A program made the position numbers and the translations under genes. The notes under the pieces are model-generated. The model worked only from the letters and a program-made list of their open reading frames with translations. It was not told the DNA's origin and searched no databases. DNA of 33,258 nucleotides, taken from positions 1 through 33,258 of the forward strand of contig JBHLOI010000041.1 of assembly GCA_048940645.1 (NCBI GenBank). Reading direction: 5' to 3'. The DNA is from Promethearchaeota archaeon. GTDB lineage: Archaea > Asgardarchaeota > Lokiarchaeia > Sigyniarchaeales > SOKP01. The number at the start of each line of letters is the position of its first letter. The stretch's first letter is position 1. Below, piece after piece: positions 24,871 through 33,258 of this stretch.

Positions 24871-25926
24871 ATGATTGAACGTTATATTAAGGCAACTGAG
24901 CTAGATTCAGACGATCCTGATGCGTGGATTAATTTAGGAGATGCCTATTATAATGAAAATGATTTTGATAACGCAATTAATTGTTATCAAAGAGCTATTG
25001 ATATATATCCTTATTTTTCTGAAGTTTGGAATAATATTGGTTTAGCTCTTTCAATGAAAGGAGAATCAGATAAAGCGATTGAGTATTATATGAAGGCTCT
25101 AGAGTTGGAACCTGAAGATGCTACTGTATACTATAATATTGGTTTTGCTTATGAAGATAAAGAAGAATTTACTAACGCATTAGAATATTACACAAAAGCT
25201 TTAGAATATGACCCAAGTAATACTGATGTTTTAAATAATATGGCTTTAATATATAGAGGAGATAAGCAATATGATATGGCTATTGATTGTTATGAAAGAG
25301 CATTAAAAATTAATCCAGATGATCCTTTGCTTTACAATAATCTCGCCATTATTTATTATGATCAACGAGATTATGATAATACTATCCTTTATTATGAAAA
25401 AGCATTAGAATTAGATTCTGATAATGCTGATTTGTGGTGTGAATTAGCAGACATTTATTATGAATTAGGTAATTATGATTTAGCGATAAATTGTTATAAA
25501 AGAGCAATAGAGATTGATCCTTTGTGTGTTGAAGCTTTAAATGATTTAGGCCTATCCTACAACATAAAAGAAAAATTTAAAGAAGCCATAAAATGCTTTC
25601 AAGAAGCTTTAGAAATCTTACCTGATGATCCTATATTATATGATAATTTGGGATATAGTTATTATGCATTACATGATTACGATAAAGCAGTTTATTATTA
25701 TAAAAAAGCCTTACTAAAAAATCCTAATAATACTTCTACGAGAATGAAGTTAGGAGAAATTTATTGCGATATTAAAAGAGATTACAAAAAAGCCATCCAA
25801 CATTTTGAAAAACTTCTTAAATTGAAACCAAAAAATTTAGATTTTTGTGAAACTTTAGCTTTTTGTTATGAAAAATTACATTTATATGAAAAAGCTAATA
25901 AATGCAGAGAAATGAGTTTTAAATGA
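24871..25926 (+). CDS. Tetratricopeptide repeat protein (about 10 TPRs)
   Basis: Repeated 34-aa units W.NLG..Y...A...Y.KALEL.P. Confidence 0.93.
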   Translation: MIERYIKATELDSDDPDAWINLGDAYYNENDFDNAINCYQRAIDIYPYFSEVWNNIGLALSMKGESDKAIEYYMKALELEPEDATVYYNIGFAYEDKEEFTNALEYYTKALEYDPSNTDVLNNMALIYRGDKQYDMAIDCYERALKINPDDPLLYNNLAIIYYDQRDYDNTILYYEKALELDSDNADLWCELADIYYELGNYDLAINCYKRAIEIDPLCVEALNDLGLSYNIKEKFKEAIKCFQEALEILPDDPILYDNLGYSYYALHDYDKAVYYYKKALLKNPNNTSTRMKLGEIYCDIKRDYKKAIQHFEKLLKLKPKNLDFCETLAFCYEKLHLYEKANKCREMSFK

Positions 25927-25979
25927 ACAAATCATTAGTCTTCTTAACTTTTTTATTTTATTAAACTAACTGAATTACA

Positions 25980-27290
25980 ATGGATTTGTTTAATTGTGAT
26001 CTTCATATTCATTCACCACATTCTATTGCAGTTTCTAAATCATTAAATTTAGATTCAATGAGAGAAACCTGTAAAAAGAAAGGGCTTCATATTTTGGGTA
26101 CTGGTGATGCCCTACAACCAGACTGGCTTAAATATTTAGAAAAAAATCTAAAGCGTAACAATGATAGAGCATATTATTATAAGGATATCTCGTTTATACT
26201 ACAAACTGAAATTGAAGATAGAGATAGTGTCCATCAAATGGTGCTTTTTCCTAATTTTGATACGGTTAAACAAATACAAAATAAACTGAAACCTTACTCT
26301 AAAAATATTCTTGATGAATGGGGAGGACGTCCAAGAGTAAATCTTTTTGGTGCGGAGTTAGTAGATTTAATAACCGACTCTGGCGGTTTGATTGGACCTG
26401 CTCATGCGTTTACTCCATTTAAAGCAATATTTCGCCAAAATAAATATAATACATTAGAAAGTTGCTACCAAGATACTGTAAAAAAAGTAACTTTTCTGGA
26501 ATTAGGATTATCTGCTAATACAGAATTGGCTGATCGTTTAGAATCTTTAAATAATGTCACATTTCTAAGTAATAGTGATGCTCATTCTCAAGATCCTCGT
26601 TCTTTAGGCCGAGAATTCAATCAATTAGATATCGATAATCCCTCTTTTGATGAGATTGAACTTGCCTTGAGAAGAAAAGAAGGGAGGAAAGTAACACTCA
26701 ACGTAGGATTACACCCTAAACTTGGAAAATATTATAATATGTTTTGTAATAAATGTAGGAGAAGGGTTTTATTTAAAAAAGGTAAAAGCGGTATTTCAGA
26801 AATTTTTTCTCAATATACCATAACTGATAATTTTATTCTATTCTTCTCAAATAATCCATTAAAATCGAGAATAGATTACATTAAACAAGTAGCAAAGGAA
26901 AAAATGATTTGTCCTAGCTGTAAGGAAGCAACTGGTAAAAATTTTAAAATTAGATTAGGCGTGAGTGAGAGAATTGAAACGATTGCTTCCTACAAGAAAC
27001 CAAAACATCCAGAACATCGCCCTCCATATATAAACGCTATTCCTCTAATCGATATAATTCGATCTATTAGAGGGGTTAAAAGTACTAAGAGTAAAACTGT
27101 ATTAAATGAATACAATAGGTTAATTGAAAAATTTGGCACTGAATTTTCGATTTTAATCGATATACCAATAACAGACATCGAAAAATTTAATAAAAATATT
27201 GCTTCTATTATAAATGCTTTTAGGAATAATGAAATCCAATATTCACCTGGCGGAGGAGGATCATATGGAGAAATTAAATTTGATCTTTAA
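25980..27290 (+). CDS. PHP-domain protein with Zn finger, endonuclease Q-like
   Basis: DLHIHS, GTGD, GRP, GPAHAFTP, ELGLSA, SNSDAHS...LGREFN, LGKY..CNKC...CPSC..GVSERI and PGGGGSYG motifs. Confidence 0.85.
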   Translation: MDLFNCDLHIHSPHSIAVSKSLNLDSMRETCKKKGLHILGTGDALQPDWLKYLEKNLKRNNDRAYYYKDISFILQTEIEDRDSVHQMVLFPNFDTVKQIQNKLKPYSKNILDEWGGRPRVNLFGAELVDLITDSGGLIGPAHAFTPFKAIFRQNKYNTLESCYQDTVKKVTFLELGLSANTELADRLESLNNVTFLSNSDAHSQDPRSLGREFNQLDIDNPSFDEIELALRRKEGRKVTLNVGLHPKLGKYYNMFCNKCRRRVLFKKGKSGISEIFSQYTITDNFILFFSNNPLKSRIDYIKQVAKEKMICPSCKEATGKNFKIRLGVSERIETIASYKKPKHPEHRPPYINAIPLIDIIRSIRGVKSTKSKTVLNEYNRLIEKFGTEFSILIDIPITDIEKFNKNIASIINAFRNNEIQYSPGGGGSYGEIKFDL

Positions 27291-27324
27291 AAATCTAATT
27301 TTTGAAAAAAACCATAATAAGTTA

Positions 27325-27567
27325 CTATATATTAAACTCTAAATTTAAGTTAAGTAGTTCTCCACATTTAGAGCAAACCATCCAATCAAAAACTTTTACA
27401 GCAACAGTCATTAACTCTAATTGTTCTCTAGGAAATTGATTTCTGAATTTCTTAATATACCCACATGTCGGACAACTTATAATAGCTCTAACTTTTATAA
27501 GTGATCCTTTAGTTTCTGAGCTATCTACAGGTGACCTACTGCTGTCTTTATTGTAATCAATTTCCAT
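27325..27567 (-). CDS. Small Zn-ribbon protein
   Basis: CPTCG and CSKCG pairs; AAGGGG upstream of ATG. Confidence 0.7.
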   Translation of the reverse strand: MEIDYNKDSSRSPVDSSETKGSLIKVRAIISCPTCGYIKKFRNQFPREQLELMTVAVKVFDWMVCSKCGELLNLNLEFNI

Positions 27568-27953
27568 TTTAATTAAAACCCCTTATTATCTTGCACATGA
27601 AAATTAATTCTTATAAATTTAATTCTTATATAACTTGTCCTATTATTCTCATGAACAAATTGAAATATTTTAATAAAACTTCTAACAATTATAATTTCTT
27701 TAAAAGATATCAATTTAAAGTTGTAAATTTATTATGTCCTCTTTTAATTGCCCATATCTTTCATAAAATTTGAAATAATTTTTATTTACTCTAAAGGTTT
27801 AAAAATGTAATCATGCTTAAATTCTATCTAAATCAATTTCCCTGGTATATAAGAGTTGATGTATTATTTCCATAATACAAGAATAATACTTTCTTATATT
27901 ATTCTGATATAATACTGATATTATATATTAATGAATTAGACTTGGTTAGTTAA

Positions 27954-29093
27954 ATGAGTGATAAGGAATATGATTTAACTGAAATTGCGAGATCAAGAAT
28001 ATCAGTTAGATCAAGATTTACAGAAATAGCTCGTCAAAATAAACTCAATCAGACCTCCAATTTAGATGATGATAAATATTTATCAGACTTACTTAAAATA
28101 TTAAAAATCAAAAGTTTAGTGATAGGGATTGGCGGTGCTGGGAATAACACGGTATCGAGAATGCAAGATATTGGAAGTAAATTTGTTGAAACCCTAAATA
28201 TAAATACTGATGCTCACGACTTATATTATTCCAATGCGAATAAGAAACTTCTAATAGGTAAAGAAATATGTAATGGTTTAGGGTCTGGAAATGATCCTAG
28301 TATTGGAGCTGCAGCAGCCGAAGAAGACATAGAAAGAATTTCTGAAATATTAAAAGCAGATGTGGTTTTTTTAGCTTTTGGTTTAGGTGGAGGTACTGGG
28401 ACGGGGGCAGCTCCTATTATTGCTAGAGAAGCGAAAAAGAATAAAGCAACAGTGGTTACATTTTGTTCAATTCCTTTCACATCTGAGGGTAAGGAGAGAA
28501 TGAATAGAGCAAAATCGGGACTTAAGGAAATTATTAGCGACACTGATTGTTTAATACCAATACCTAATGATAACCTTTTAAGATTCAATAAAGGAATACC
28601 AATCTTAACCGGTTTTAAAATAATGGATGAAGTGTTAATTAGGTGTATCCGCGAAATCCTCAACCTAATTAATAACTGTGGTCTGATAAATATTGATTAT
28701 GCTGATGTAAAAAAGATTTTTGAAAAAAAGGGGGAACTTCCCAGTGGTTTGATTGGGATAACAGAATCTTATGGAGAAGAATCAGATCTTATAAAAAAGG
28801 CAAAATTAGCGCTACATAATCCGTTATTAGAGCCTGATCCTATGCAAGTTGATAAATGCATAGTCTCTGTATCAGGAGATCATAAGTTATCCTTATCTAA
28901 AATCGATAAGATAATTGCTACTATCACAGATGAAATTCCTGAGGAAGCTTCACTCAAATTTGGAACCGCTTTAGATCCCTCCTTAAAATCAAAAGTTAGA
29001 ATAATGGCTTTAGGACGAGGGCCTATATCTCCGTATGCCCAAGCTTCTTTGGATGGAACAGATTTTCCTCAACCTAATTTTACTGCCCTATAA
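27954..29093 (+). CDS. ftsZ: Cell division protein FtsZ
   Basis: GIGGAGNN, NTD, GLGGGTGTGAAP, PF..EG..R, N.NL and INIDYADVK (T7 loop) motifs. Confidence 0.95.
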   Translation: MSDKEYDLTEIARSRISVRSRFTEIARQNKLNQTSNLDDDKYLSDLLKILKIKSLVIGIGGAGNNTVSRMQDIGSKFVETLNINTDAHDLYYSNANKKLLIGKEICNGLGSGNDPSIGAAAAEEDIERISEILKADVVFLAFGLGGGTGTGAAPIIAREAKKNKATVVTFCSIPFTSEGKERMNRAKSGLKEIISDTDCLIPIPNDNLLRFNKGIPILTGFKIMDEVLIRCIREILNLINNCGLINIDYADVKKIFEKKGELPSGLIGITESYGEESDLIKKAKLALHNPLLEPDPMQVDKCIVSVSGDHKLSLSKIDKIIATITDEIPEEASLKFGTALDPSLKSKVRIMALGRGPISPYAQASLDGTDFPQPNFTAL

Positions 29094-29179
29094 CTTTTTT
29101 TCAATTAGCATTAAAAAACTTTTAAAAGTGTCTCAATTTTCTTGTAATATAAATTAATAATTTACTTGCTTTAAATTAA

Positions 29180-29644
29180 ATGGTTGAATTTATTATGAGC
29201 AATAAAATGCCAGAATATGAATTGAGAAAGGAGATTCGAAGGTTTTTAGAGAAAAGAAAGGTTCTTGTATTGTGTACTTGTTTGAAGAATGTACCAAGAG
29301 CAACTCCAATGGATTTTTATATTGAAAAAAATACTGATAATTTTCATATTTATGTAGGACCTACTCCTGGAAAGAAAGTTGAAAATATTAAAGAAAATCC
29401 AATAGTTAGTATTGGCATCTATACACCCATGTCAGAAGGAAAAATCCAAGGAATGCAAATTACAGCATCTGGAAGAAAAAAATTAATTTTTTTAAAAGAA
29501 GGAGACGAAGACTTCAAAAAAGCACAAAAGATTGTTCGAGGAAAGAGAAAATTGATTCTAAAAATAATACCCGAAAAAATCGAACTTCTTGATTATGATT
29601 TCATTAAAGATGGATATTCAAGATTACAAGTTTTAGAACTGTGA
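29180..29644 (+). CDS. Pyridoxamine 5'-phosphate oxidase-like split-barrel protein (FMN/F420-binding)
   Basis: VLCT...PRATPMDF...GKKVENIKENPIVSIGI...GMQI pattern; the start may be ATG at 29195. Confidence 0.75.
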   Translation: MVEFIMSNKMPEYELRKEIRRFLEKRKVLVLCTCLKNVPRATPMDFYIEKNTDNFHIYVGPTPGKKVENIKENPIVSIGIYTPMSEGKIQGMQITASGRKKLIFLKEGDEDFKKAQKIVRGKRKLILKIIPEKIELLDYDFIKDGYSRLQVLEL

Positions 29645-29694
29645 TTCCAGAAAATCTATTTTAAATTATAATAAAAAAAAAGAATTAAAATTTA

Positions 29695-29991
29695 TTATTT
29701 CATCATATCTATTGCTTCTGAACCTTCAATTAAAGGCTGAATCTTAAACACATATCCTTCAAATCTCGTAAAAGCGGAAAGCCGCTTAGCAATTCCCTTT
29801 ATTCCCTCATACAGCTTTTCTTTTGGTATCTCATAGATGTTATATATTTTATAATGGTAATCTGCGACTACCCATTGATAAATACGCTTCACAAATTCGG
29901 GATATGCAGGAGCTTTACCTGAAACGTAGAATTTTACTGTATCCTCAGCAATATGAGGAGGATATTTTACTATACTCATAACGTAAACCAT
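29695..29991 (-). CDS. Small hypothetical protein
   Basis: ORF with GGTGA upstream of ATG 29991 (ORF track gives 30006); no recognised motif. Confidence 0.6.
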   Translation of the reverse strand: MVYVMSIVKYPPHIAEDTVKFYVSGKAPAYPEFVKRIYQWVVADYHYKIYNIYEIPKEKLYEGIKGIAKRLSAFTRFEGYVFKIQPLIEGSEAIDMMK

Positions 29992-30177
29992 TCTGAATTT
30001 CACCATTTTCTTTTACTAATGGTAAGAAAAGTTATTATTAATTGTTATAAAAATTTTTACTATAATATCAAATATAAAAATTGAGGATTTAGTTCAATTA
30101 AACAAAAAGTTTTTGGAGAATGTATATTTATTCATTTAATACATGAATTAAAATTGAAAAAACCATTATTGAATACG

Positions 30178-33138
30178 ATGCTATCAGATAAGGACCAGAA
30201 AGAACTTAAAAAAGCTCAAACTGATAAGCAATTAAAAACTATCTTTAAAAAAATTGCTTCTAAAAAACCAGATGACTTTTTTCCTACGGAGGAACTTCGA
30301 GCATTAGGATATATAAGAAAGCAATGTGATATTTGTGGTACTTTTTTCTGGACCGTTCTTAAAGAAAGAGAAGTATGTGGTGATCCTACATGTTCTGGTG
30401 GTTTTCAAGTAGTTGTTGATAATCCTTCACAGGTTAAACTTTCATTCATAGGAGTATGGAATAAAATTGTAGAAATCTTGGAACCCAGAGGTTATAAGCC
30501 CATTAATAGATATCCATGTGTAGCAAGGTGGAATCCTACATCTGAATTCACGATAGCTTCAATTTCTGCTTTTCAACCATATGTAATTACAGGTGAAGTT
30601 GAAGCTCCAGCTAAAAAGCTAATAATACCCCAATTCTGTTTAAGATTCAATGATATAGAAAATGTGGGAGTTACAGGGAGTCATTGCACTGGATTCGTGA
30701 TGATTGGTCAGCATACCTTTGTTCCACCAGATGAATGGAATCAAGGAGAACTCTTTATGGATATCCATTATTTTATCCACGAAGGTGTCGGATTAGCTAA
30801 AGAAGAGATAACTATTCATGAAGATTCATGGGCTGGCGGTGGTTCATTTGGGTGTTCTTTAGAGTTCTTTAGTCGAGGAGTGGAACTATTTAATCAAGTA
30901 TACACAATGTATGAACAAACTCCAGAAGGACCACGAGAACTAAAACTTAAAGTCCTAGATATGGGAATGGGTCAAGAAAGAGTATCTTGGTTTTCTCAAG
31001 GGACTCCAAATATGTATGAGGCAATATTTCCTCTAGTTCTTAATAAATTAAGAGAAATTACTAAAATTAAGCTAGACTTGGATTTATATAATGAATTTTC
31101 AAAATATTCTGCTTATTTAAATATTGATGAAGTTAAGGACATGGATGCTGCATGGCAAAAAGTCGCTAACGAATTAGGGCTTAAGGCAAATAATTTAAAA
31201 AATAAAATTTTGCCTATGACAGCGCTTTATTCTGTTGCTGAGCATGCAAGAACTTTACTTTTTGCTATTAACGACGGAAAACTCCCTTCAAATGTGGGCG
31301 GAGGCTATAATTTAAGAGTTATTTTTAGACGTGCCATAAGTTTTATTGATCAGTTCCAATGGAATATAGATATCGCAGATGTCTGTAGTTGGCATGCATT
31401 AGAACTAAAAGAATTATTTCCAGAGGTTTCCTCACATTTAGACGAAATTAAGGAAATCTTGGATTTCGAAAAAGAAAAGTATTATTTGAACAAAAAAGAA
31501 GCAAAACGAATTTTAGATAAAGAACTGAAGAAAGGAATATTATCAACAGAAAAATTAATAGAATTATATGATTCTAAAGGAATTAATCCAGAGTTAGTCA
31601 AAGAGACAGCAAAAAAGTATGGAATTTCAATAAAAATTCCCGATGATTTCTATAGTTTAGTTGTTGAGCGGCATGAAAAACAGGAACAAATCCATGCTAC
31701 TGAAAAGGAAATTGAATTAGATTTGTCTGGAATTCCCGAGACTAAATCTCTTTATTATTATGATTATAATGAAATCTCTAATGAGGCTAAAGTGCTTAAA
31801 ATTATTAAAAAGTATGTGATATTAGATCAATCTGTAGCATATCCAACTTCAGGAGGACAATTACATGATATTGGAACAATTAATGGAGAACCATTTAAAG
31901 AAGTCTTTAAACAAGGAAATTATGTTGTTCATGTAATGGAAAAAGACCCAACATTCAAGGAAGGAGATATAGTTAAAATAGAAGTAGAAAAAGAATGGAG
32001 GACTCAACTCTCTCAACATCACACAGCAACTCATATCGTCAATGCTGCAGCACGAATAATATTGGGAGAACATGTGAATCAAGCTGGAGCAAAAAAAACA
32101 CTCAAAAATTCTCACTTAGATATTACTCATTATAATCAGATTCCTGATGACAAACTTATAGAAATAGAAAATAAAGCTAATGAAATAGTTGATAAAAAAA
32201 TTGATTTAAATTTATCATTTATACCACGATCAGAAGCTGAACATGAATATGGCATGTCAATCTATCAAGGTGGGGCCGTTCCCGGGAAATATTTAAGGAT
32301 AGTAGAAGTTCCAGGAATTGACGTGGAAGCATGCGGAGGTACCCATTTAAATAATACTTCAGAAACTGGAAAAATAAAAATTATCAAATCACAAAAAATT
32401 CAAGATGGAATTGTAAGATTAACGTTTACCGCAGGACATGCGACTGAAGAACTCGAGAAACTTGAAGCTAATGCTATTAAGGAGTTAGAAACTATATTAC
32501 AAGTTCCTCAAATTAATATCGTACAAAGGGTAAATGAATTAATAGATAAATGGAAAAAGTTAAAAAAGGCTCTACAATCTGGTAAATATAATAAAGAAGA
32601 TCTAGAATTAACTTCAAAAGATAAATTTGAAGGAGATATACTAACGGAATTATCGCGACTTCTTAATGTTAGGAAAGAAAAAATACCTTCAAAAATTAAG
32701 AAATTTTACTCTGAATGGAATGAAGCAAAGATAAAATTAAATCGAATTAAAAAGTATTTAAGCACAGATTACATAGAAAGCCTAATTAAGAATGCTAGAT
32801 CTTTTGGAAACTCAAAGTTAGTAAGTGCCACCTTTAACAATTTAGATCAAAAAGAAGTTCAAAATATTAGCTCTAATGTTTTAAAATATTCCGATAATGT
32901 AATAACTATATTTTTTAATGAAAATGAAAAAGGAACAGCTATTACAGGAATGATTGATTCAAAAGCTGCAAAAAATTCTGATTTTCATATGGGAAATTTT
33001 ATAAAAGAGGAAACTAATTTTTTAAAAGGTAAAGGCGGTGGAAAATACGATTATGGTCAAGGATTTGTTGAAAAAAAATATGTAAATACAGACACTGTTG
33101 TAAAACATTTCTATAAAAGACTTTTTAAAAAGGAATAA
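30178..33138 (+). CDS. alaS: Alanyl-tRNA synthetase, archaeal type
   Basis: N-terminal C.ICG..FW...CGDP.C, RYPCVARW, IASISAFQP, PQFCLRFND, LDMGMGQER, PSNVGGGYNLR; editing motifs HHTATH and EACGGTH; C-Ala KGGG; start is ATG 30178 or TTG 30154. Confidence 0.96.
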   Translation: MLSDKDQKELKKAQTDKQLKTIFKKIASKKPDDFFPTEELRALGYIRKQCDICGTFFWTVLKEREVCGDPTCSGGFQVVVDNPSQVKLSFIGVWNKIVEILEPRGYKPINRYPCVARWNPTSEFTIASISAFQPYVITGEVEAPAKKLIIPQFCLRFNDIENVGVTGSHCTGFVMIGQHTFVPPDEWNQGELFMDIHYFIHEGVGLAKEEITIHEDSWAGGGSFGCSLEFFSRGVELFNQVYTMYEQTPEGPRELKLKVLDMGMGQERVSWFSQGTPNMYEAIFPLVLNKLREITKIKLDLDLYNEFSKYSAYLNIDEVKDMDAAWQKVANELGLKANNLKNKILPMTALYSVAEHARTLLFAINDGKLPSNVGGGYNLRVIFRRAISFIDQFQWNIDIADVCSWHALELKELFPEVSSHLDEIKEILDFEKEKYYLNKKEAKRILDKELKKGILSTEKLIELYDSKGINPELVKETAKKYGISIKIPDDFYSLVVERHEKQEQIHATEKEIELDLSGIPETKSLYYYDYNEISNEAKVLKIIKKYVILDQSVAYPTSGGQLHDIGTINGEPFKEVFKQGNYVVHVMEKDPTFKEGDIVKIEVEKEWRTQLSQHHTATHIVNAAARIILGEHVNQAGAKKTLKNSHLDITHYNQIPDDKLIEIENKANEIVDKKIDLNLSFIPRSEAEHEYGMSIYQGGAVPGKYLRIVEVPGIDVEACGGTHLNNTSETGKIKIIKSQKIQDGIVRLTFTAGHATEELEKLEANAIKELETILQVPQINIVQRVNELIDKWKKLKKALQSGKYNKEDLELTSKDKFEGDILTELSRLLNVRKEKIPSKIKKFYSEWNEAKIKLNRIKKYLSTDYIESLIKNARSFGNSKLVSATFNNLDQKEVQNISSNVLKYSDNVITIFFNENEKGTAITGMIDSKAAKNSDFHMGNFIKEETNFLKGKGGGKYDYGQGFVEKKYVNTDTVVKHFYKRLFKKE

Positions 33139-33258
33139 TTTCAAATTAAGCATCAGGCATTTTCTATATAAAATATATAGCATCTATACATTATGGCGAA
33201 ATCGCTTATATCTTTATTGACATACTATTCACATAAGATAAGAGAAATTATAGTATAA

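Noticed and set aside
26990-32115. Short ORFs at 26990, 27591, 28226 and 31861
   Set aside because: Antisense shadows, or (27591) an AT-rich intergenic ORF with no motif or SD

Overview
AT-rich archaeal window. The eukaryote-like ubiquitin machinery together with archaeal AlaS, MptA, CofGH and FtsZ points to an Asgard archaeon, probably Lokiarchaeia (inference). The left half (1-15.9 kb) is a C1-cofactor neighbourhood: methanopterin genes (mptG, mptD, mptA, DHPS-like, DUF447, DUF1464), an amidohydrolase-arfC-cofG-cofH operon for F420, a rubrerythrin-like gene, a receiver-domain gene, an AlkP-family enzyme and a GDH-CBS fusion. The centre (15.9-23.7 kb) holds a complete ubiquitin-like conjugation locus: Ubl, UBA3/UBA2-like E1, E2, JAMM protease and a multi-TM RING-type E3. 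Next to it are a wHTH regulator bracketed by a perfect 25-bp inverted repeat, a membrane-anchored Ubl with no terminal Gly, a second free Ubl paralog and a long coiled-coil protein. Both free Ubls end in a single Gly (LLIPASTAG), UFM1-like rather than GG. The right part encodes a nucleotidyltransferase, a TPR protein, an EndoQ-like PHP protein, a Zn-ribbon protein, FtsZ, a PNPOx-like protein and AlaS. Four genes appear to start at non-canonical ATA/ATT/ATC codons behind Shine-Dalgarno-like motifs. No rRNA, tRNA, CRISPR array or transposase was recognised. All calls come from reading motifs by eye; no searches were run.
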